Shown here: one piece after another, positions 1-7,526 of the stretch
Layout of the letters: each line of letters starts with the position of its first letter
How positions within the stretch are numbered: position 1 is the stretch's first letter
NCBI GenBank assembly: GCA_000320545.1
Contig: ADNK01001155.1
Location: 1 to 37,191, forward strand
DNA from: Bigelowiella natans CCMP2755
Lineage: Eukaryota; Protista; Cercozoa
Direction: 5' to 3'
DNA length: 37,191 nucleotides
Notes under the pieces: model-generated
Told to the model about the DNA's origin: nothing
Seen by the model: the letters and a program-made list of their open reading frames with translations, nothing else
Database searches by the model: none
Translations under genes and position numbers: made by a program

Positions 1-1
1 T

Positions 2-1342
2 GTATACACTAATAATGTTAGGCGTACCTACGTGCCACGGCGGACCAGGGGAGCCCTTCTCTTTACCGCCCATGGACCTGCACACGTAGGAGAAAACCAT
101 ATCACTGCTCTACTCTACCATTACTACTGGCCCTACAAGCTAAAAGAGATAAGGACATACCTGCGTGGCTGCAGGTGCTCCAGCTTGAAGGCGGCAGGCG
201 TCGCCACCAAGGAGTCCAGCAAGAGCCGTGCATCTAAGAAAATCAAAGCAAGGAACTTCTTAGATATCGTGCAAATTGATGTTTATAAGTACGATGGCTA
301 TCACTACCTTACCTTCGTTGATGTGGCCACTGGAAAGTGCTGGGTTAAAAAGATTATCAAGGTCAACGTTGCTAAGAAGAACAAAGGCTTATATAAGCAG
401 AGGCTTACTAACTGCTACCGTACCTGGGAGTCTGAGCTCCAGGCTATCCCTGATGAAGTTAGCATAAACAAGATACCAAAGAAGTTACATGTGGATAATG
501 AGACCTCTCTTCTACAGCTACCACACCCTAATATTGATGCCTCACCTGTATACTATGCCCAGTCCAACTCCAAGGTAGAGCGACTCCACCGCACCTTGGC
601 CAACCTAAGCAGGATAAATAGCACCACACCAGACAAGATACAAGGGTTAGTAAACGACACCTTCACGTCTGGGGGAGGTATCAAGGATAAGGAGAGGGAA
701 GAAGGCGACGACAACGACGACGATACCGAGAGCGAAGACGAGAAGGTCCCGTACGATGGCCGAGTTCTAAAGGAAGGACAGTATGTTAGGGCCAAGGTAA
801 ATCTGAGATCGAGAAATAAACAAGACCCCTTCTGGGGTGGCGTTGCAAAGGTTACCGAGAGGAAGGGGAGGAAGCAGTACTACATCTATGATGGGAACAG
901 GGTCACCTTGCGCCACATCAGTCACCTAAAGAATTATGATATCGGTGAGAAGCTCCTAGAGGATGTTAAAGTAAACCCTACTGTGTGGGAGCGAGCAATG
1001 CCTTGTTTAGGACCCCGACCTAAGTTCGATGTGGAATATGGAAACAATAAGGTCAGGGTGAACGACGATTGGCGCATGAAGATTGTCTATCTAGGCTACC
1101 CTGGATTACGAAATATGGAGAGGGTAGCTATGAAAATAAAGGACGGAAAATATCAGCTACTCTACCTAGCTGTTCCCGACTTACCCTTTGAGCACTGGTA
1201 TAAGGTCCTGGGGGACCTTGATGCAGAGGGCTGGTATGGACACGAACCTAAGGACGAAGGTGAGTTCTGGGTAAGCGACAAAGGAGATAAGGTTAGAGAG
1301 GAATCTATTACCTGGTGGTTGGTGAAGTTCCGAAAGCGATGA
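2..1342 (+). CDS. Pol C-terminus (partial): integrase Zn-finger + DDE core + SH3-like domain + degenerate Dam-like methyltransferase domain
   Basis: Frame is open from the window start (VYTNNVRRTYVPRR...). Motifs: AHGPAHVG...YYWP...RGCRC (HHCC-like); VQIDVY...LTFVDVATG; LHVDNE; SNSKVERLHRTL; GQYVRAK...DPFWGG...RHISHLKNY (SH3-like CTD). A further ~125-aa C-terminal domain lies at 962-1339. Confidence 0.9.
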   Translation, partial: VYTNNVRRTYVPRRTRGALLFTAHGPAHVGENHITALLYHYYWPYKLKEIRTYLRGCRCSSLKAAGVATKESSKSRASKKIKARNFLDIVQIDVYKYDGYHYLTFVDVATGKCWVKKIIKVNVAKKNKGLYKQRLTNCYRTWESELQAIPDEVSINKIPKKLHVDNETSLLQLPHPNIDASPVYYAQSNSKVERLHRTLANLSRINSTTPDKIQGLVNDTFTSGGGIKDKEREEGDDNDDDTESEDEKVPYDGRVLKEGQYVRAKVNLRSRNKQDPFWGGVAKVTERKGRKQYYIYDGNRVTLRHISHLKNYDIGEKLLEDVKVNPTVWERAMPCLGPRPKFDVEYGNNKVRVNDDWRMKIVYLGYPGLRNMERVAMKIKDGKYQLLYLAVPDLPFEHWYKVLGDLDAEGWYGHEPKDEGEFWVSDKGDKVREESITWWLVKFRKR

Positions 1343-1348
1343 AGGTCT

Positions 1349-1393
1349 AAGGGAATAAGGAAGGAAGGAAGGAGCAACGTGACTTGGGGGAGG
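1349..1393 (+). promoter_or_regulatory. Polypurine tract (PPT) of copy 1
   Basis: AAGGGAATAAGGAAGGAAGGAAGGAG (1349-1374), and GGGGGAGG (1386-1393) directly abutting the LTR TG. Confidence 0.85.
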
Positions 1394-1719
1394 TGTAGCG
1401 CGTACCACTACGCGGGCACAAGTCACGTGCGACAACAAAGGGGTTGTCGCGGATATAGAATATAGATAACGTAGATATTAATACAGCATAGGCACGTGGG
1501 TTCCGGCGGGACTCATGGCAGCACACCGGAAGTGTGCTGCCCCACGTGCGGCGGCATTCGCGAAAGCTTCGCGAATGATTACGCAGTGCACGATTTAATA
1601 AAAATATAATCTTTAATAAAAATAAACACAACTCTTCAAAAGGAAGCAAACGTGCCTTTCCCCCCCCCTGCCTACTTGTGCACGTAGCGCCTCGGCCTGT
1701 GAACACCTTACGCGCAACA
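1394..1719 (+). repeat. 3' LTR of copy 1 (326 bp)
   Basis: Starts TGTAGCGCGTA and ends TACGCGCAACA (11-bp terminal inverted repeat, 1 mismatch). Reverse complement of 2875-3200 and 5946-6271 with 1-2 differences. AATAAA cluster at ~1597-1626. Confidence 0.95.
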
Positions 1720-2874
1720 TTCGTGAGAACTGGGATGTCAGTTTTTCCAGTTTGTTTTGCGATGTTCGACAAATTGAACCTTCAGCAGAGAAGGAAAAGT
1801 GCGTTGTTTTGTGATGGTTGTGCACAAGCGGTGGCACGTGCGTGGGGATGCCAAAGTGTTTGTGTGTTTGGAGTCCAGAAGTGCCACGCTGGTGCGCGCG
1901 CGCAGTCGAAAAGGAAGAGAGCACCCACCCAGCACACTGGCCAGCCACAGGTCTCCACAAGAGTTGCTTGTTCTTGCAAACGGATCGGAAGGAAAACGTG
2001 ACAAGCTGGCCAGCTGGAGAACGTGCTGGTGCCATGCAAGCAGGGCCACACACTGTGCCTTGCCCAAACGTGTGTCAACATCGACACACAAAGTGAGCTG
2101 TCTCAAAAACTGATGAACACTTTTCGACACATTTTTGCTCAACAAAGAGCCACCATTGCTTCATGCATTGCGCACTTCAATTGGGCTCAACCAGCAATTG
2201 AACTCAACCATTGGTGCAAACTCTCAACGTGCGGCACGTGGGAACACACAAAACGTCGACGTTTTGCTTCGTGTGAACACGCACCAATGAACTGGCAAGT
2301 GTTCACACGAAGCAAATTGTCGACACTTTGACTGTCGTTTGACCAGCAATTTGTTCAGCAATTTTCACCACTTTTTGCTGTGCGCAATTCTGAGAATTCG
2401 TGCTGATGGGAGAGTTGTTTTTGCTTCACTTGCTTGAAAGAATGAAAACTCTGATTTCCCAGTTTCACCCAATTTTCAAAACACCAAAACTGAGGCATTT
2501 CGTCGAGGTTTTGGATTTGGGCCTGACCACTTGTGCTGCACGTCAGATTGCTCTTGGTCAATTGGTCAACGGCTCAGAGGAACAGTTTCCTGCAACTCCT
2601 GCTGTGCTTGGAGCCAGTTGGAACCAAAGTGCACGAGGTTTTTCTCCTTGCATGGCACGCAGATGGCTGAATGTGTGAATTTTGGGCAACAAAAGTGGAA
2701 CATCTCGAAAACTGGAACGAGATGGAACACGTGCAAAACTGGCATCACATCGATCCCGTGCATACGTGCGTTGCTCCTGGCCACACGTGCGCATGTGTCA
2801 TGCAAGCATGGCCCCGGGCCCGCTCGTCACATGGTCCAACGTTGCACTGTTGTTGCGTTTGGGCAAGATGTGCA
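1720..2874. other. TpA-depleted, TG/CA-rich degenerate tract (host target DNA of both insertions)
   Basis: Read by eye, the only TA dinucleotide in 1155 bp is at 2763-2764. CpG is still frequent. No TAA or TAG stop exists on either strand, which explains the pile of overlapping ORFs. Confidence 0.9.
2871..2874. repeat. Target-site duplication TGCA (left copy; right copy 6272-6275)
   Basis: TGCA|TGTTGC... at the left end and ...GCTACA|TGCA at the right end of the element. Confidence 0.85.
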
Positions 2875-3200
2875 TGTTGCGCGTAAGGTGTTCACAGGCC
2901 GAGGCGCTACGTGCACAAGTAGGCAGGGGGGGGGAAAGGCACGTTTGCTTCCTTTTGAAGAGTTGTGTTTATTTTTATTAAAGATTATATTTTTATTAAA
3001 TCGTGCACTGCGTAATCATTCGCGAAGCTTTCGCGAATGCCGCCGCACGTGGGGCAGCACACTTCCGGTGTGCTGCCATGAGTCCCGCCGGAACCCAGGT
3101 GCCTATGCTGTATTAATATCTACGTTATCTATATTCTATATCCGCGACAACCCCTTTGTTGTCGCACGTGACTTGTGCCCGCGTAGTGGTACGCGCTACA
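2875..3200 (-). repeat. 3' LTR of copy 2
   Basis: 326 bp, TG...CA ends, direct repeat of 5946-6271. Confidence 0.95.
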
Positions 3201-3245
3201 CCTCCCCCAAGTCACGTTGCTCCTTCCTTCCTTCCTTATTCCCTT
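3201..3245 (-). promoter_or_regulatory. Polypurine tract of copy 2
   Basis: CCTCCCCC (3201-3208) and CTCCTTCCTTCCTTCCTTATTCCCTT on +, the reverse complement of the copy 1 PPT. Confidence 0.85.
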
Positions 3246-3251
3246 AGACCT

Positions 3252-5906
3252 TCATCGCTTTCGGAACTTCACCAACCACCAGGTAATAGATTCCTCTCTA
3301 ACCTTATCTCCTTTGTCGCTTACCCAGAACTCACCTTCGTCCTTAGGTTCGTGTCCATACCAGCCCTCTGCATCAAGGTCCCCCAGGACCTTATACCAGT
3401 GCTCAAAGGGTAAGTCGGGAACAGCTAGGTAGAGTAGCTGATATTTTCCGTCCTTTATTTTCATAGCTACCCTCTCCATATTTCGTAATCCAGGGTAGCC
3501 TAGATAGACAATCTTCATGCGCCAATCGTCGTTCACCCTGACCTTATTGTTTCCATATTCCACATCGAACTTAGGTCGGGGTCCTAAACAAGGCATTGCT
3601 CGCTCCCACACAGTAGGGTTTACTTTAACATCCTCTAGGAGCTTCTCACCGATATCATAATTCTTTAGGTGACTGATGTGGCGCAAGGTGACCCTGTTCC
3701 CATCATAGATGTAGTACTGCTTCCTCCCCTTCCTCTCGGTAACCTTTGCAACGCCACCCCAGAAGGGGTCTTGTTTATTTGTCGGCTTGGTGATGTCAGA
3801 GTACTTCTCGTTTAATATTTTATTAATGTACTTTTTGCCTTTGTCGATATCCCAATCATCAGCTGGGGGGGTCTTGTCCAGTAGCTCCGTTATCTGTCGG
3901 ATGGTCTTGCCGGGGTTCTTCTTCCGTAGCTCGGTAGGTGTAGGTAGCTTGTTGTCCGCTAGGTCCATAAACTCTAACGCATTAACGCTTGACTCAGAGG
4001 TCCACTCGTCAAGCCGTATCATGTTCTGGCTGATGGTCCTGCCTGACTTCTTTGGCAACTTAGCAAAGTATATCTTGTGATTGTAGAATGATATGATCCC
4101 CCCTAATTTTTCTAGGGCATCCTGTCCGAGGAGTAGTTCCATGGATAAAGTCATGGCTACTCGGGTCTTGATTTGGGTCTCCGCGTCGCTGCCAGGTATC
4201 TGTAGCTTTAGCATTAGCTCACCGACGGTCTTCATGGAAGAGCTTCCGTCTGCTTGAGCATATTTACGTTCTTTCTTAGTCACTTGATCCAATAGTCCTA
4301 ACCTTCTTACTGTGCTTAGGCTTATGAAGGACTTCGGCATGCTGCCACTATCCCAAAGGGCAGGTAGTTTCTTGTAGTCTCCGTAGCTGTCTTTAACTTT
4401 AACCTTGGTCATAGCAACTTTGATAGTCCTGTTAGCGTCTTCGTCATTAATGTTGCATACTCCTAAGTTCTTTATGTCGTCTAGGGTCATGGGCTTGTCT
4501 TGGTCCTGCGTTGCTGGTACTGCTGTCTTCGTCGGCGCCTGCTTAAGGTGATCTAATATTCCGTTTATCTGCTGCTGTATAGCATTGATACTGTTCTGCT
4601 TTTTGTTCTTATATTTATTGTTCTTCCCGTTGTTGCTGCCTTGCCATTTGCTGTTGTTATATCCTTGTCCTCTGCCTTTCTTTCTCTTTAACTTCTCGTA
4701 GTGTTCGTTGAGCTGCCTGATCGTCATCCTGGGTCGTCCTTCTTTCCTGTCTCTGCAGTCTTTAGCGGTGTGTTTCCCTTTACGTGAGCAGTATCCGCAA
4801 CGTCGGTTACCTTCCCTGTCCTTGTACCAGTCTCGCTGCGGCTTAATAGCGTTAATGTTTCCTATGCCAGGTACCTTAGGGCTGGTAAACTTGCGGTCCT
4901 GCTCCTGCTCGCGTAGGGATATAGCCTGCACTGCTGCCTCCATCGTGGTGTAGCCTTTCTCCGTAACGTAAGTGGATTCCTTTATCTTTAACTTGAACTC
5001 TTCAAACCTTGCCTGATCATCACCTGTGTTGTAATTAAAATCATGTAGTTCGTCGATCATATCCTGGAAGCGCGTGGCAAAGTCTCTAACAGGTTCTCTC
5101 TCATGCTGCATCATTGCTCTGTATTTTCTAATAGCCTGGGGTAGGGAGTTAGCATCCTGTTCATTTACAAAAGCCTTCATTATCGCCTCAACGTCTCGTA
5201 GCCCACTAACTGTAGTGTGTATTTTCTCTAGCTGCCTGATCCGGGTCCTGCCTGTCTCGTAAAGGTCCATGGCTTGCTTTATTATAGCTAGCCATTTGAG
5301 CTTGTCGTTTTCGGTGGGGTTAGGGGTAAAGTCGCAGAGTATACTCCTAGCGTTCTTCCACCACCTCCTTGCCTCACCTCTTTTCCCGTTGTATTTCGTT
5401 ATCATAACCGGTGCTGTTTTAACAGACATGAACTGGGTGTTCCGCTGTACCGGCTGCTGCTGCTTGACGGTGCTCTGGGTCGTCCCCCGCGAGGCGCCCA
5501 GACCCCCGTCGTTCCTAAACAAAGCTGCCCACTCTGGAGGTAAGTCTGCTTCGTAATCCATGATGTCCTGCATGATAGCTGCCCAAACATCATGTGTCTG
5601 ATACTTGTATTCTATCGATACTTTCAGTTTGGCGTAGTTGCTCGCCCTGGGTCGCAAGGCTCGTAATGCCATTACGACCTTCTTGCTTTCGGCGGCCACG
5701 TCCTCGTCGTCCGCCTCGTAGAAGTTCTCCAGTGCCTCTGCTGCTGCATCTGCTTTCTTAATCCCGGGTGCTGGTCCCGGCGGTGCCTGTGGAGGTGTTC
5801 CTCCTCCTTCCTTAGCGTCCGTATCGCCCTTCCTTTCCTGTTTCTGCTCGTGCCCTTGCACGGCCTGCGAGCCAAAGTCCTGCTGTTCTTCTAGCTGCTG
5901 TGACAT
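3252..5906 (-). CDS. Gag - aspartic protease fused in frame to the integrase C-terminal tail and Dam-like domain (884 aa)
   Basis: Gag-like region (MQHEREPVRDFATRF), zinc knuckle CGYCSRKGKHTAKDC, protease LWDSGS...LLLGQDAL, linker ...NEKYSDITKPT, then NKQDPFWGG...KFRKR identical to copy 1. No YxDD, RNase H or DDE motifs. Confidence 0.92.
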   Translation of the reverse strand: MSQQLEEQQDFGSQAVQGHEQKQERKGDTDAKEGGGTPPQAPPGPAPGIKKADAAAEALENFYEADDEDVAAESKKVVMALRALRPRASNYAKLKVSIEYKYQTHDVWAAIMQDIMDYEADLPPEWAALFRNDGGLGASRGTTQSTVKQQQPVQRNTQFMSVKTAPVMITKYNGKRGEARRWWKNARSILCDFTPNPTENDKLKWLAIIKQAMDLYETGRTRIRQLEKIHTTVSGLRDVEAIMKAFVNEQDANSLPQAIRKYRAMMQHEREPVRDFATRFQDMIDELHDFNYNTGDDQARFEEFKLKIKESTYVTEKGYTTMEAAVQAISLREQEQDRKFTSPKVPGIGNINAIKPQRDWYKDREGNRRCGYCSRKGKHTAKDCRDRKEGRPRMTIRQLNEHYEKLKRKKGRGQGYNNSKWQGSNNGKNNKYKNKKQNSINAIQQQINGILDHLKQAPTKTAVPATQDQDKPMTLDDIKNLGVCNINDEDANRTIKVAMTKVKVKDSYGDYKKLPALWDSGSMPKSFISLSTVRRLGLLDQVTKKERKYAQADGSSSMKTVGELMLKLQIPGSDAETQIKTRVAMTLSMELLLGQDALEKLGGIISFYNHKIYFAKLPKKSGRTISQNMIRLDEWTSESSVNALEFMDLADNKLPTPTELRKKNPGKTIRQITELLDKTPPADDWDIDKGKKYINKILNEKYSDITKPTNKQDPFWGGVAKVTERKGRKQYYIYDGNRVTLRHISHLKNYDIGEKLLEDVKVNPTVWERAMPCLGPRPKFDVEYGNNKVRVNDDWRMKIVYLGYPGLRNMERVAMKIKDGKYQLLYLAVPDLPFEHWYKVLGDLDAEGWYGHEPKDEGEFWVSDKGDKVREESITWWLVKFRKR

Positions 5907-5922
5907 TGTTAGTCAAATCGTT

Positions 5923-5940
5923 TCCCGTGTGTGGAAGCCA
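5923..5940 (-). promoter_or_regulatory. Putative primer binding site TGGCTTCCACACACGGGA
   Basis: Begins TGG, 5 nt inside the 5' LTR-internal boundary. The + strand reads TCCCGTGTGTGGAAG-CCA, like a tRNA 3' end. The cognate tRNA is not identified. Confidence 0.7.
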
Positions 5941-5945
5941 AAGGT

Positions 5946-6271
5946 TGTTGCACGTAAGGTGTTCACAGGCCGAGGCGCTACGTGCACAAGTAGGCAGGGG
6001 GGGGGAAAGGCACGTTTGCTTCCTTTTGAAGAGTTGTGTTTATTTTTATTAAAGATTATATTTTTATTAAATCGTGCACTGCGTAATCATTCGCGAAGCT
6101 TTCGCGAATGCCGCCGCACGTGGGGCAGCACACTTCCGGTGTGCTGCCATGAGTCCCGCCGGAACCCAGGTGCCTATGCTGTATTAATATCTACGTTATC
6201 TATATTCTATATCCGCGACAACCCCTTTGTTGTCGCACGTGACTTGTGCCCGCGTAGTGGTACGCGCTACA
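5946..6271 (-). repeat. 5' LTR of copy 2
   Basis: 326 bp. Differs from the 3' LTR at 5952 (A vs G, a CpG-site transition). Confidence 0.95.
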
Positions 6272-6530
6272 TGCAGAGGGGGGCTAGCTAGCTAGCTAGC
6301 GCTGGGGGGAGTTGCCGTGGTGGAGAGGCGACAGAGAGGAAACGCACGTGGAGCACAGCCGGCGGCTCGCACGATCGACGATGCGCATACATGCATGTGC
6401 GACACGGCGGCTAGACGGCACGTGTAGCGATGCATCCAGCCACATGCCGCTAGTCGCATGTCATGCATGCGTCCTGAACTAGCTTGTGAATAATGCAGTC
6501 TAGGCAGTGTCCGCGTGAACCCACACATGT
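6272..6530. other. (GCTA)n / short-palindrome-rich intergenic island 1
   Basis: GCTAGCTAGCTAGCTAGC at 6283-6300. 8 of 11 TpA lie in CTAG. Many CACGTG, CGATCG, GCATGC and ATGCAT words. Confidence 0.7.
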
Positions 6531-6724
6531 GATTAATAGACCGTTCTTAATAGACACAACACTTGTACTCTACACATCACACAAGTGCCATGTAGCTATG
6601 TGTTATTGATTCTTGATGCTATGCTGTCATGATGGGGACGAATCTATCTGGTATGAAAGCCAAAAAACAACTTGCACATTTTGATGATAAACGAGCTTTT
6701 CTAGATTTTTCTCAGCTATCTTTT

Positions 6725-7526
6725 TCATCTCACTAAATTCTCACAGAATTTAAGAACGGGGCCGATGTCTTTTTTGTGCAAAGAGACTTTCACTACTTCC
6801 ACAGGACAAGGCGACTGCTCAAACTCGAACATATCAGCTGTGCCAGTGCCATCTACAAGAGTCTTCTGGATGACGTTACCTTCCGTGTCTTCGATCGTAT
6901 CTTTCATCTCAGATCGATCACGCAGGTCGTTGATGAGTTCTTCCTCAATTTTCTCTACTTCATTTGCATCAGGAAGGTCAGTTTTATTGCACGCGATAAT
7001 GAAAGGTATCTTGTTATTCTTAACAGAGGGATCGCATAGCATATCGAACAGCTTTTGCCCTGCAACATTGAATTGAGGTTTTGATGAATCCATTAGGAAT
7101 ATAACTCCCACGGCATCCTGTACTCGATCCAGTGCTGCTGGCCACTGTGAATCGTGACCAGGGAGATCAACCAGCTTGAGTCTTCTCCCTTCTTTTCCTG
7201 GTTGAAATGTATCCTCGTTTGGTGCTTGAGAAGTCACCGTCTTAGGAGCGTCTCTTTTCTCCCCAAGAACTAGGCGGTAGAAAAGAGCAGTTTTTCCAGA
7301 ACCCATCGGACCAACAATCAAGATCGAATCCCTTTTGGAACTGAGATACAGACGTAAATGCATTAGGCCACACCGAACTTGAGGGTATTTAGATATTATA
7401 TTCTCACCTAACAACTCCTCCTGACTTTAGCACCATGAACATTGCCATAATAATGAGCAGAAATACCAGGCACACAAATAGCGTGCCGGTGATGCCGAAC
7501 GAATCCAGTAACATTCCGAACACCAT
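6725..7526 (-). CDS. SRPRB: Signal recognition particle receptor beta subunit (2 coding exons: 7526-7408, 7340-6725; ~244 aa)
   Basis: N-terminal TM helix (TLFVCLVFLLIIMAMFMVL), then a 67-bp GT-AG intron with matching phase. GTPase motifs GPMGSGKT, TVTSQAPN, LVDLPGH, CNKTD. The DxPGH motif plus the membrane anchor are typical of SR-beta. Confidence 0.88.

Larger units (their letters stand above)
1..1719 (+). mobile_element. Ty3/Gypsy-like LTR retrotransposon, copy 1 (3' part only; 5' part outside window)
   Basis: Integrase-coding frame open from base 2 to the stop at 1342, then a polypurine tract and a TG...CA LTR (1394-1719). Integrase placed last in pol is the Ty3/Gypsy-type order. Confidence 0.9.
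2875..6271 (-). mobile_element. Non-autonomous LTR retrotransposon, copy 2 (3397 bp, both LTRs present, internal deletion of RT/RNase H/IN core)
   Basis: Two 326-bp LTRs with one difference seen (5952), 4-bp TSD, PBS, PPT and a single 884-aa ORF. 2875-3780 is the reverse complement of 814-1719. Confidence 0.95.

Noticed and set aside
1347-1772. Repeated ORF VARKVFTGRGATC... (also 2531-3247 and 5929-6291)
   Set aside because: Antisense translation of the LTR. The starts differ and lie outside the LTR.
2720-2765. HHIDP motif suggesting an HNH nuclease relic
   Set aside because: No flanking Cys or Asn motifs. His codons are expected by-products of TAY->CAY conversion.
1720-2874. RIP or CpG-methylation decay as the cause of the TG/CA excess
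   Set aside because: RIP raises TpA and CpG decay removes CpG. Here TpA is lost and CpG persists.
1613-2981. Stack of overlapping ORFs on both strands in the spacer
   Set aside because: Artefact of the absence of TA (no TAA/TAG stops). The products are Cys/His/Trp-rich with no recognisable motifs.
814-3780. Inverted repeat as an assembly or fold-back chimera
   Set aside because: Copy 2 has its own TSD, a distinct deletion junction and an LTR SNP shared by its two LTRs but not by copy 1, which fits independent insertions.
1-6271. Classification as a DIRS element or DNA transposon because of the MTase-like domain and inverted repeats
   Set aside because: DDE integrase, aspartic protease, direct LTRs, PBS/PPT and a TSD are present, and no tyrosine recombinase is seen. 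The inversion arises from two separate copies.
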